A stretch of DNA of 64,000 bases from an uncultured Planctomycetia bacterium (lineage in GTDB: Bacteria; Planctomycetota; Phycisphaerae; Phycisphaerales; SM1A02). The DNA lies in contig CALMPF010000023.1 of the NCBI GenBank assembly GCA_937871505.1, forward strand, positions 471 through 64,470, written 5' to 3'. The position numbers were made by a program, and so were the translations under genes. Below the pieces are notes generated by a model. It was given only the letters and a program-made list of their open reading frames with translations. It searched no databases and was not told where the DNA came from. Shown here one piece after another: positions 6,813-15,207 of the stretch. Position 1 is the first letter of the stretch; the number at the start of each line of letters is the position of its first letter.

Positions 6813-8167
6813 AGCTCGAACACAGAACTCTCGATTCCATCAGGCCCTACGAGCAGAACCCGCGGATCAACGACGCGGCGGTAGACGCTGTCGCCAGGTC
6901 GATCAGCGAGTTCGGCTTCCGCCAGCCGATCGTCGTCGACCCCGATGGGGTGATCATCGTCGGCCACGTCCGGTGGAAGGCCGCCCAGCGCCTCGGCCTC
7001 GAGCAGGTGCCGGTCCACGTCGCCAAGGACCTCTCGCCGGAGCGGGCGCGGGCCTACCGCATCGCCGACAACCAGACCGCCGACATCGCCGAGTGGGACG
7101 ACGAGGCCCTCACCGCGGAGCTGCTCGCCCTCAGAGACCTCGACGTCGATCTCGCCTCGCTGGGCTTCGACGAGGACGAGCTGGCGAGGCTCCTCGCCGG
7201 AGACCTCTCCCCCGGTGAGACCGACCCCGACGACATCCCCGCTCCGCCCGATGAGGCGACGACGCAGCCGGGAGACCTGTGGATCCTGGGCGACCACCGG
7301 CTCCTCTGCGGTGACAGCTCGAGCGCTGCCGACGTCGACCGGCTCCTCGCCGGCGATCCCATCCACCTGGTCAACACCGACCCGCCGTACAACGTGAAGG
7401 TCGAGCCGCGATCGAACAACGCGATCGCCGCCGGGCTCTCGTCGTTCAGCGCCGCGAAGCCGACCCATCACCAGTCGATGGACGTCGCGCGGCATCCCGA
7501 GAAGTCGAAGGCGACCCACCGCCAGCTCCGCGCGAAGGACCGTCCGCTCGCGAACGACTTCGTCACCGACGCCGCGTTCGACGATCTGCTCGACGCGTGG
7601 TTCGGCAACATCGCCCGAGTGCTCCTGCCCGGTCGCGGCTTCTACGTCTGGGGCGGCTACGCGAACCTCGGGAACTACCCGCCGTTCCTGCGGAAGCACG
7701 GGCTCTACTTCAGCCAGGGGATCGTGTGGGACAAGCAACACCCCGTCCTGACGCGCAAGGACTTCATGGGTGCCTTCGAGCTCGCGTTCTACGGCTGGCG
7801 CGAGGGCGCGGCCCATCTATTCCTCGGGCCGAACAACGCGACGGACCTCTGGCGAGTCAAGAAGGTGACCCCGCAGTCGATGGTCCACCTCACCGAGAAG
7901 CCCGTCGAGCTCGCGATCCGCGCGATGCAGTACTCGTCGCGGCCAGGCGAGAACGTGCTCGACCTCTTCGGCGGCAGCGGCTCGACGCTCATCGCTGCGG
8001 AGCAGACCGGGCGACGGGCGCGGCTGATGGAGCTCGACGCGCTCTACTGCGACGTGATCGTGCAGCGCTGGGAGCAGTTCACGGGCCGGAAGGCCAGCCG
8101 GATCTCCGCATCCGACCGCGACACAGCCCCGGCCGGTGCCGGGGCTGTGGAGGAAGCCGGGGCGTGA
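6809..8167 (+). CDS. ParB-like nuclease domain fused to a DNA methyltransferase (N6A/N4C type)
   Basis: The N-terminus (IRPYEQNPRINDAAVDAVARSISEFGFRQPIVV..GHVRWKAAQRLG) is a ParB/Srx fold. VNTDPPYN is the catalytic DPPY motif. LDLFGGSGSTLIAAEQTGR is the SAM-binding motif. Confidence 0.85.
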   Translation: MKLEHRTLDSIRPYEQNPRINDAAVDAVARSISEFGFRQPIVVDPDGVIIVGHVRWKAAQRLGLEQVPVHVAKDLSPERARAYRIADNQTADIAEWDDEALTAELLALRDLDVDLASLGFDEDELARLLAGDLSPGETDPDDIPAPPDEATTQPGDLWILGDHRLLCGDSSSAADVDRLLAGDPIHLVNTDPPYNVKVEPRSNNAIAAGLSSFSAAKPTHHQSMDVARHPEKSKATHRQLRAKDRPLANDFVTDAAFDDLLDAWFGNIARVLLPGRGFYVWGGYANLGNYPPFLRKHGLYFSQGIVWDKQHPVLTRKDFMGAFELAFYGWREGAAHLFLGPNNATDLWRVKKVTPQSMVHLTEKPVELAIRAMQYSSRPGENVLDLFGGSGSTLIAAEQTGRRARLMELDALYCDVIVQRWEQFTGRKASRISASDRDTAPAGAGAVEEAGA

Positions 8168-8186
8168 CCCCGGCGCGGTCATCCGA

Positions 8187-8492
8187 TCAGGCAGGCATCG
8201 CGTCGCTCGTGACCTCGGCGAGCGTCGTCGCAAGCATGTTGAACGGCCTGGTCAGCTCGATGATCGCGTGGTATTTGGCGATCGCCATCTCGAGCTCGTA
8301 CGCGGTCGCCTGGAGTACACCGCAGGGGTTCGGGGCCTCGCCCGCGGCGAGGCGTCGCTCCGCCTCGTCGAGCCGCCGACGGGCCTCGTCGATCGTGCTC
8401 TCGATCCGCTGTCGGTACTCCGCGGCCGTCAAGCTGAAGGACCGCTTCGCGTACGCGACATGCCAGGTCTGGGTCTCGGTGAGGATCTGCAT
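8187..8492 (-). CDS. Hypothetical small protein (101 aa)
   Basis: ATG at 8492 follows GGAGAC. The product begins MQILTETQTWHVAYAKRSF and is predicted helical. Leader copy A lies upstream. Confidence 0.5.
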   Translation of the reverse strand: MQILTETQTWHVAYAKRSFSLTAAEYRQRIESTIDEARRRLDEAERRLAAGEAPNPCGVLQATAYELEMAIAKYHAIIELTRPFNMLATTLAEVTSDAMPA

Positions 8493-8623
8493 CGTGGTCT
8501 CCGTGGTTCGAGGTGTCTCGCGTCCGTTCCCCGTCGTCGGGGATCCCCGTTCGCGTCGCCCACAACAGGGCATGGAATCGGCCCCGCAGCAAGCGGATCA
8601 GCCGAGAAAACATGGGTTTCTCG
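8493..8623 (-). promoter_or_regulatory. Conserved leader/promoter cassette, copy A
   Basis: About 130 nt nearly identical to 9142-9272. The core ACAACAGGGCATGGAATCGGCCCCGCAGCAAGCGGATC is shared with 10182-10275. The cassette ends at the SD and ATG of the downstream minus-strand gene. Confidence 0.55.
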
Positions 8624-8780
8624 CACATTCCAGATCGCGGCCTCGGACCGCCCGGCTGTCCCGGTCGTGCCCCCCGACGCCGTGGGCCACGACGTCCGCG
8701 TCTGTGGCGTCGGCCCGCCGAGATCCCCCCACCCCAGCCCTGGCGACCAGCGACGCGACACGGCCCAACGTGGGCGGACG

Positions 8781-8812
8781 AGAGCGCCCCGGCGTTCGCC
8801 GGGGCGTCGTCT
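8781..8812 (-). terminator. GC-rich hairpin downstream of gene 8836-9141
   Basis: GCCCCGGCG-TTC-GCCGGGGC lies just past the stop of the minus-strand gene. There is no U-tract, which may be common in high-GC genomes. Confidence 0.3.
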
Positions 8813-8835
8813 CGGGACCAGGTCGCCAGCGTGCG

Positions 8836-9141
8836 CTACTTCGTGGCGGCACCCACCGCCTCGAGGTAGTCGAGCAGGTCATCGATCCGGAGCCAGATGT
8901 CGCCGTCCGCGCAGTCGTGCTCCTCGGGCCCGTTCGGCGTCAGCTCGAAGAGTCGGTAGCCGCCGGGAGCTCCGGGGATCGACCCCCAGTTGCCTTCCTG
9001 GCGCCGGCCGCGTCCGGCGGGAACCGATGTGAGGTTCCAGAGGCGGCGGTCTGGCGTCCGCAGCTCGAGGCTGGTGATCTCGATTCCGCGCTCCTCGACC
9101 TGGCGGGCGGCGTCGGTGGTGCGGTGTGTCGTGGTGGTCAT
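8836..9141 (-). CDS. Hypothetical small protein (101 aa)
   Basis: ATG at 9141 follows GGAGACAACG. The product begins MTTTTHRTTDAARQVEERGIEITSLELR. Leader copy B lies upstream. Confidence 0.5.
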   Translation of the reverse strand: MTTTTHRTTDAARQVEERGIEITSLELRTPDRRLWNLTSVPAGRGRRQEGNWGSIPGAPGGYRLFELTPNGPEEHDCADGDIWLRIDDLLDYLEAVGAATK

Positions 9142-9272
9142 TCGCGTTGTCTCCGTGGTAGGTGGTCCGCGTCCGTTCCCCGTCGTCGGGGATCCCCGTT
9201 CGCGTCGCACACAACAGGGCATGGATTCGGCCCCACAGCAAGCGGATCAGCCGAGAAAACATGGGATTCTCG
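9142..9272 (-). promoter_or_regulatory. Conserved leader/promoter cassette, copy B
   Basis: Near-identical to 8493-8623, although the downstream coding sequences are unrelated. Confidence 0.55.
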
Positions 9273-9318
9273 GAGAGTGGGCGTCCAGTGGGCAACTCGC
9301 CAATCGGCCCAGCGGCGC

Positions 9319-9843
9319 TCATCCGGTGTGACCGGTCGACGCGAAGAGACCACGATCGACCCTGCGGAAGCGCGATGCCGGCCCCTTCGCCGCGATCTCC
9401 CTGGTGATCGCGGCGTAGAGCGTCGCGTGAGGTGTCTTCCCGCTCGTCCGCCATCCTTCGGCGATCGCGCGATCGGCGATCACCCTCGCGCTGAGAGGCT
9501 TGTCCGAGTGGGCGAGCACCTCGGCGGCGAGCGTGAGCCCGCTCCAGCGTCGGATCACGCGCGATCGGCGCGGCGCCGCGGTCGTCTCCGTCGTCGACAC
9601 CGCGCGCTCGCTGGCGGTCATTCCGTCGGCGCTGGTGGCGCGCTCGTCGCTCTTGGCTGCGTTCTCCTGATCGGCGGCAGCGATCGCCTTGATGTTGGCC
9701 TTGATGGCCCGCTGCGCATCTGCGAGCGCCCGCTTGGTCGTGGCGTCTCCATCGGCGCGAGCAGCGCTCGCCGGTGCCCGTCGGGCCTTCTTGGGGACGG
9801 ACTTCTTCGGGGTCGGCTTCTTGCTGGTGGTCTTCTGCGGCAT
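9319..9843 (-). CDS. HARE-HTH (winged helix) DNA-binding protein with a Lys-rich N-terminal tail
   Basis: The C-terminus (LTLAAEVLAHSDKPLSARVIADRAIAEGWRTSGKTPHATLYAAITREIAAKGPASRFRRVDRGLFAS) matches the HARE-HTH pattern (tP.atl.a.i..di....srF.rv.rG.f). The N-terminus MPQKTTSKKPTPKKSVPKKARR is histone-tail-like. Confidence 0.65.
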   Translation of the reverse strand: MPQKTTSKKPTPKKSVPKKARRAPASAARADGDATTKRALADAQRAIKANIKAIAAADQENAAKSDERATSADGMTASERAVSTTETTAAPRRSRVIRRWSGLTLAAEVLAHSDKPLSARVIADRAIAEGWRTSGKTPHATLYAAITREIAAKGPASRFRRVDRGLFASTGHTG

Positions 9844-9914
9844 CGTGGTATCTCCATGCCGACGCCGCCGGAGCCCGCGACGCGCGGGCTCCGGCGCTCG
9901 GCCAGGTGGGTTGG

Positions 9915-10181
9915 TCAGTGGCTCGCGGCATTCGCGTCGTCGAGGAAGCCCTCGACCTCGCTGCGGTCCATCCCCGCGAGGAAGGCGACCGCGTCGACCA
10001 GGTCGCAGCGGAGCTTCTGGATGTTGCCCGCGAAGCCCCAGTTCTTCTCGTCGGCCTTGGCGCGCTCGTCGTGCTTGGCGAGCTCCATGTCGAGGACGTC
10101 GAGGAGCCGGGCGATGTCGTTGCGGGCGGCGGCGTACGCGCTGGTCGCGGTGCGTCGGGTCTGGCTGGTGGCGGTCGTCAT
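9915..10181 (-). CDS. Hypothetical small protein (88 aa)
   Basis: ATG at 10181 follows GGAGCACGAC. The product begins MTTATSQTRRTATSAYAAARNDIARLLDVLDMEL. Leader copy C lies upstream. Confidence 0.5.
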   Translation of the reverse strand: MTTATSQTRRTATSAYAAARNDIARLLDVLDMELAKHDERAKADEKNWGFAGNIQKLRCDLVDAVAFLAGMDRSEVEGFLDDANAASH

Positions 10182-10275
10182 GTCGTGCTCCGTGGTAGGT
10201 GTTCCGCGTCGGACACAACAGGCCATGGAATCGGCGACGCAGCAAGGCGATCCCCCGAGAATCGCCGATGAATCT
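10182..10275 (-). promoter_or_regulatory. Conserved leader/promoter cassette, copy C (shorter variant)
   Basis: Shares CACAACAGGCCATGGAATCGGCGACGCAGCAAGGCGATC and the CCACGGAG SD context with copies A and B. It lacks the GGGGATCCCC-containing insert. Confidence 0.45.
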
Positions 10276-10327
10276 GCAGAGGGGGCATCCAGTGGACAAA
10301 GTTTGCCGCGAATGACCCCTCCGGAGA

Positions 10328-10669
10328 ATGCACGCGATCGAGACACGACGGACCAGGTCGCCCATGGGCGCGGCCGCTGTCTCATCGCCACCGATGCAGC
10401 CACCCGAACCACGCGAAACGTCGCCGCCCAGGCAGGCCCCGATCGACCCTCGGGCGCTCGCGATCGATCAGCTGGCCACGTTGCTGACGCGCGCGGGCGG
10501 TGTGCGCGTCAGCGAGGCGATGATCGAGGCGGACGTGGCCGATGGCGCGCCGACGAACGCCGACGGAACGCTGCACCTGGTGCACTACTGCGCGTGGCTC
10601 GCCGCGGAGGTCTCGAGGCAGCAGGGAGGTGGGCGAGCCCATCGACCCGCGCCGCCTGAGACCGGTTGA
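10328..10669 (+). CDS. Terminase small subunit-like HTH protein (start uncertain)
   Basis: The gene lies directly upstream of TerL. IDQLATLLTRAGGVRVSEAMIEADVADGAPTNADGTLHLVHYCAWL resembles TerS/Nu1-like HTH regions. Alternative in-frame ATGs are at 10364 and 10394. Confidence 0.4.
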   Translation: MHAIETRRTRSPMGAAAVSSPPMQPPEPRETSPPRQAPIDPRALAIDQLATLLTRAGGVRVSEAMIEADVADGAPTNADGTLHLVHYCAWLAAEVSRQQGGGRAHRPAPPETG

Positions 10670-12962
10670 CTGCCTCCAGCTGCTGAACTCGACCCCGTTG
10701 GGCGAGGTGGTCAGCGAGAGGCAGTTGCTGCGCTGGCGGATGTCCGCCGGCACGGCGATCGCCGCGCCCGCGGATCCGACCAAGGTAGACGTCCTCCGCC
10801 TCACCGGATGGCTCGCTCGCCGCCGCGATCGATCGATCGAGGCAGCCAAGCGGAAGGGCCGCGCGCCTGCGGCCGCGCCGCCGCCTCACGCGAACGCCTA
10901 CGACGCGCATCGCGAGCGCATGCGCGCCCGCTTCGAGGCGCTCTCGAAGTCCGGCCGCGACATCGGCGAGCTGCCGCCTGTCCGCGACCCCGACCGGCGC
11001 GCTCGATGCGAGCGGGATCTGCGGCTGTTCTGCGAGACGTACATGCCGATGACGTTCACGCTCGCTTGGTCTCCAGACCACCTGGTCGTCATCCGCAAGA
11101 TCGAGCAGGCGGTGTTGGAGGGCGGGCTCTTCGCGATGGCCATGCCCCGCGGCTCGGGGAAGACCTCACTCTGCGAGGTCGCCTGCCTGTGGGCGATCGT
11201 GTACGGCCACCGCCAATTCGTGGCGCTCATCGGAGCCGAGAAGGACTCCGCGACCCAGTCACTCGACTCCGTGAAGACCGAGATCGCGAGCAACGATCTC
11301 CTCGCCGAGGACTTTCCGGAGGTCTGCTTCCCGGTTCAGTGCCTCGAGGGGATCCACCAGCGGGCGCCGGGACAGCTGTACCAGGGCCGTCAGACGCACA
11401 TCCACTGGACCGCCGACGAGCTCGTGCTGCCGACGATCGCAGGCGCGAAGTCCTCCGGCGCGATCATGCGCGTCGCCGGCATCACCGGCCGGATCCGCGG
11501 GATGAAGTACAAGAGGCAGGATGGCGTCAGCGTCCGCCCCGAGCTCGTCCTCGTCGACGACCCGCAGACCGACGAGTCCGCCCGCAGCCCATCGCAGTGC
11601 GCCACCAGAGAGCGCCTTGTCGCGGGCGCGATCCTCGGTCTCGCAGGACCCCGAAAGAAGATCGCCGGGCTGATGACGCTCACCGTCGTTGCCCGAGACG
11701 ACCTGGCCGATCGCCTGCTCGACTCGCAGCGCCACCCCCAGTGGCAGGGTGAGCGGATGCGGATGGTCTACGAGTTCCCGCACGACGAGAAGCTCTGGGC
11801 GCGCTACTCGGAGATCCGCGCCGAGGGACTGCGCGCCGAGAAGGGCCTCGAGCCGGCCACAGCGTTCTACAAGAAGCACCGAAAGAAGATGGACGCCGGG
11901 GCCAAGGTCGCCTGGGAAGCGCGGTTCAACCCGGACGAGGCGAGCGCCATCCAGCACGCGATGAACCTGCGGCTTCAGGACGAGCACGCGTTCTGGGCGG
12001 AGTACCAGAACGATCCGAAGCCGCTGCACGAGGAGGCAGCGCCCGACGTCGGCATCGAGGAGATCCTCGCGCGCACCAACGGCTACCGCCGGGGCGTCGT
12101 CCCTCGCTCGAGCTCGATCGTCACAGCCTTCATCGATGTGCAGGGGAAGCTGCTCTACTGGATGATCGTCGCGTGGGAGCAGGACTTCACGGGGCACCTC
12201 GTCGACTACGGCACCTTCCCCGAGCAGCGCGTGCCGTACTTCACGCTCCGCGACGCGAAGCGGACGCTCGCCTCGATCGCTCCCCGGGCCGGGCTCGAGG
12301 GGATGATCTTCGCGGGGCTCGAGGGCGCAGCCGCAGCGATCCTCGGCCGCGAGCTGCCTCGCGATGACGGAGGTGTGGCCCGCGTGTCACGCTGCCTCAT
12401 CGACGCGAACTGGGGTGCGTCGACCGAGGTCGTCTACCAGTTCTGCCGCCAGTCGCAGTACTCGGGCCAGCTCACTCCGAGCCACGGTCGATGGATCGGC
12501 GCCACCAGCCGGCAGATGGCGGAGTACGCCGCGAAGAAGGGCGATCGGGTCGGCTCGCACTGGCGCATGCCGGCGCCGACCGGCCGACGCGCGGTGCGGC
12601 ACGTGCTCTTCGACGCGAACTGGTGGAAGAGCTTCCTCGCCCAGCGCCTGTCGATCGGCATGGGCGATCGGGGAGGGCTCAGCATCTTCGGTGATTCAGC
12701 CGCCGCAGAATCCCACCGCATGCTCGCCGAGCATTGGACCTCCGAGCGCCGCACTCCCGTCGAGGCGCGCGGCAAGACGGTCGACGAGTGGAAGCTGCGG
12801 GCGCCCGGGATCGACAACCACTGGCTCGACACCGCTGTCGGCTGCGCTGTCGCGGCGTCGATGGAGGGGGCGGCGACGGCAGGCATGGCACCGCTGGCCC
12901 GGCGCCAGAAGCGCATCCGTCTCTCCGAGATCATCGCGGCCAGAAGGGCGATCACGCAATGA
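10629..12962 (+). CDS. terL: Terminase large subunit (GpA family)
   Basis: Walker A is AMPRGSGKTS and Walker B-like is ELVLVDDPQTDES. The nuclease-region motifs CLIDANWG and DNHWLDTAVGCAVAA are typical of lambda GpA-type terminases. The GTG start at 10629 is tentative. Confidence 0.85.
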   Translation: MGEPIDPRRLRPVDCLQLLNSTPLGEVVSERQLLRWRMSAGTAIAAPADPTKVDVLRLTGWLARRRDRSIEAAKRKGRAPAAAPPPHANAYDAHRERMRARFEALSKSGRDIGELPPVRDPDRRARCERDLRLFCETYMPMTFTLAWSPDHLVVIRKIEQAVLEGGLFAMAMPRGSGKTSLCEVACLWAIVYGHRQFVALIGAEKDSATQSLDSVKTEIASNDLLAEDFPEVCFPVQCLEGIHQRAPGQLYQGRQTHIHWTADELVLPTIAGAKSSGAIMRVAGITGRIRGMKYKRQDGVSVRPELVLVDDPQTDESARSPSQCATRERLVAGAILGLAGPRKKIAGLMTLTVVARDDLADRLLDSQRHPQWQGERMRMVYEFPHDEKLWARYSEIRAEGLRAEKGLEPATAFYKKHRKKMDAGAKVAWEARFNPDEASAIQHAMNLRLQDEHAFWAEYQNDPKPLHEEAAPDVGIEEILARTNGYRRGVVPRSSSIVTAFIDVQGKLLYWMIVAWEQDFTGHLVDYGTFPEQRVPYFTLRDAKRTLASIAPRAGLEGMIFAGLEGAAAAILGRELPRDDGGVARVSRCLIDANWGASTEVVYQFCRQSQYSGQLTPSHGRWIGATSRQMAEYAAKKGDRVGSHWRMPAPTGRRAVRHVLFDANWWKSFLAQRLSIGMGDRGGLSIFGDSAAAESHRMLAEHWTSERRTPVEARGKTVDEWKLRAPGIDNHWLDTAVGCAVAASMEGAATAGMAPLARRQKRIRLSEIIAARRAITQ

Positions 12963-13159
12963 GCACACCCCAGCGACCATCGCCGCCGTCGACCGACCGC
13001 CCGCCGGGCCTCGAGTGCGCGAAGTGCGGATGCCGACACTGGGAGGTCGTCTACACCGTGCAGCGCACGCGGTTCATTCAGCGACGTCGCGAGTGCAGGC
13101 ACTGCGGCCATCGCGTGACCACGCGCGAGCGGATCATCGGCGCCAGATTCACGGCCTGA
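12959..13159 (+). CDS. Zinc-ribbon protein (NrdR/Ogr-like CxxC...CxxC)
   Basis: ECAKCGCRHWEVVYTVQRTRFIQRRRECRHCGHRVTTRE resembles the NrdR N-terminal zinc ribbon pattern (C..C...V.dsR...iRRRReC..C..RftT.E). The start overlaps the TerL stop (ATGA). Confidence 0.55.
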   Translation: MSTPQRPSPPSTDRPPGLECAKCGCRHWEVVYTVQRTRFIQRRRECRHCGHRVTTRERIIGARFTA

Positions 13160-13220
13160 CCTGCACCGGTGGAACGATTCGCGCCGCACCCGTGGACTTG
13201 GCTTCGCGCCGCGTCTGTAC

Positions 13221-13451
13221 TTGTGGATGCAGCTGCCGCCGGTCTCCGACCTGCGACGCCTCAGGCTCGAGCTGAGACTCGTGCCGGCGTCGCATCGCGA
13301 GGACGCCATGCAGGTCGCGTGGATCGCATACCTCGAGGGCCGCGATCCAGCCGTCGCCGTGAACTCATGGTGGGCCGCCGAGCGTCGGCGCCGTCGCCGA
13401 GAAGTCCCCGAGGAGATCGCCCATGCCCACACCGACGAACGAAGAGATTGA
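13221..13451 (+). CDS. Hypothetical protein (76 aa)
   Basis: ORF in the gap between the zinc-ribbon gene and the gpW-like gene. Its composition is acceptable but support is weak. Confidence 0.3.
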   Translation: MWMQLPPVSDLRRLRLELRLVPASHREDAMQVAWIAYLEGRDPAVAVNSWWAAERRRRRREVPEEIAHAHTDERRD

Positions 13452-13629
13452 CGCCGCGCTCGCCGAGAACCTGACCGGGCCGCGCAAGGCATCGAACGAG
13501 ACGGGCTCGATCGAGCAGCACTCGCTCACCGATCAGATCGCGATGGACCGCTACCGCCGCGCCAAGGCCGCGGCCAAGAAGCCCCTCCGGGGTATGCGCG
13601 TGTCCGTGATCGTCCCCCCGGGCGCGTGA
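13423..13629 (+). CDS. gpW-like head-tail joining protein
   Basis: It is 68 aa and lies between terminase and portal, as lambda W does. PTNEEIDAALAENLTGPRKASNETGSIEQHSLTDQI is colinear with lambda gpW ([38 protein letters not shown]). Confidence 0.5.
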   Translation: MPTPTNEEIDAALAENLTGPRKASNETGSIEQHSLTDQIAMDRYRRAKAAAKKPLRGMRVSVIVPPGA

Positions 13630-13731
13630 ATCTGCACCCGCCGAGGGGCGAGACCTATACCGGTAGAGGCATTTGCATCCGCGACGCGGTTCTTCCCGGG
13701 TTCGAGTCGGCGCCGCGTCTGTACCGGGTGA

Positions 13732-15207
13732 GTGTCGCCGCTCGGATCCATCCTCCGGCTGTTCCGTCGCGCCGAGACTGCGCCGAGTCGACCTGCTTCG
13801 CCGGGGCGCCGCGTCAGCGGTCGCTACGACGCAGCGCAGACGAGCGATGAGAATCGCCGCCATTGGGCTGCTGCTGATCACCTCAGCCCGAATGCGGCCC
13901 TCTCGCCGCAGGTCCGGGCTCTGGTCCGTGCTCGGGCCCGATATGAGGTCGCGAACAACTCGTTCGCCGCCGGCATGGTCGGCACTCTGGCGAACGACCT
14001 GATCGGCACCGGGCCTCGACTCCAGCTGCTCACGAGCGACGCCGCCGCAAACCGCGAGGTTGAGCGTGCGTTCCGCGCGTGGTCTCGCCGGGTGAACCTC
14101 GCCGAGAAGCTCCGGACCATGCGGCGCGCCCGCGCCGTCGACGGCGAGGCTTTCGCGCTGCGGACGACCAACACGCAGCTGCCCGACGTCCAGGTCGACC
14201 TGAGGCTGATCGAGGCCGACCAGGTCGCGTCGCCGGCGGCGACCGCTGATCAGCTCGTCGACGGCATCCAGCTCGACCGCAACGGCGTGCCGCTGCGGTA
14301 CGAGGTGCTCGACACCCACCCGGGCGACCAGACTGGGGGCATTCCCCGGACGCGTCTGGTGAGCGCTGCGAACGTCTGCCACCTGTTCCGGGTCGATCGA
14401 CCTGGCCAGGCACGCGGTATGTCGGAGCTGGCACCGGCCCTCTCGCTCTTCGCGCTGCTCCGTCGCTACACGCTGGCGGTCGTGCGCGCTGCGGAGACGG
14501 CGGCGTCGATCTCCGGCACCCTCGAGTCCGAGGCTCCCGCTGACGACGAGGACGCTGTGATCACCGAGCCCGGCGACACGTTCGAACTCGATCGCGGCTC
14601 GCTGCTCGCGCTGCCTGCTGGCGCGAGGATGCAGCAGGTCAAGGCTGAGCAGCCCACGACCACCTACCCGATGTTCCGCGACGCGCTGCTGAACGAGGTC
14701 GCACGTGCGCTGGGCATCCCCTTCAACGTCGCGGCAGGAAACTCCGGCGGCTACAACTACGCCTCCGGGCGCCTCGACTGGCAGATCTACCACCGGCTGC
14801 TCGGCGTCGAGCGAGAGCAGGTCGAGTGTGTGATCCTCGATCCGCTGCTGACCGACTGGATGGACGAGGCGGCGCTGACGGGAATCGCTCCCGCAGCGTG
14901 GCGATCTCTCGCCGAGATCCCGCACCGCTGGATGTGGCCCGGTCATGAGCACGTCGACCCCGCGAAGGAGGCGAACGCACAGCGGATCCGCCTCGAGTCG
15001 AGGACGACGACACTCTTCACTGAGTACGCCAAGCAGGGTCTCGACTGGGAGGCGGAGCTCCGGCAGATCGCCGCTGAGCAGGCGCTGATGCGTGAGCTCG
15101 GCCTGTCTTCGCCGGGGACGTCGACGACTGCGGACGAGCCGGACGACACCGACACCGACCAGGACGACGAGCTCGCCGAGAGCGAACTCGAGGAGGCATC
15201 CGCGTGA
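13732..15207 (+). CDS. Portal protein (lambda gpB family)
   Basis: GRYDAAQTSDENRRHWAAADHLSPNAALSPQVRALVRARARYEVANNSFAAGMVGTLANDLIGTG is characteristic of lambda-family portals. Size and position also fit. Confidence 0.85.
   Translation: MSPLGSILRLFRRAETAPSRPASPGRRVSGRYDAAQTSDENRRHWAAADHLSPNAALSPQVRALVRARARYEVANNSFAAGMVGTLANDLIGTGPRLQLLTSDAAANREVERAFRAWSRRVNLAEKLRTMRRARAVDGEAFALRTTNTQLPDVQVDLRLIEADQVASPAATADQLVDGIQLDRNGVPLRYEVLDTHPGDQTGGIPRTRLVSAANVCHLFRVDRPGQARGMSELAPALSLFALLRRYTLAVVRAAETAASISGTLESEAPADDEDAVITEPGDTFELDRGSLLALPAGARMQQVKAEQPTTTYPMFRDALLNEVARALGIPFNVAAGNSGGYNYASGRLDWQIYHRLLGVEREQVECVILDPLLTDWMDEAALTGIAPAAWRSLAEIPHRWMWPGHEHVDPAKEANAQRIRLESRTTTLFTEYAKQGLDWEAELRQIAAEQALMRELGLSSPGTSTTADEPDDTDTDQDDELAESELEEASA

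Noticed and set aside
8513-9407. Plus-strand ORFs 8513-8869 and 9162-9407, which share the peptide VRSPSSGIPVRVAHNRAW.RP.SKRISRENMGF.
   Set aside because: The shared peptide reflects the near-identical DNA of leader copies A and B. Similarity ends where the DNA repeat ends. The elements sit exactly upstream of minus-strand genes with good SD sequences.
7597-10659. 1020-aa plus-strand ORF spanning the methylase 3' end and the minus-strand small-gene cassette.
   Set aside because: It is extremely rich in Arg, Ala, Gly and Pro. It overlaps well-supported genes on both strands and crosses the repeated leaders. This is a typical high-GC spurious ORF.
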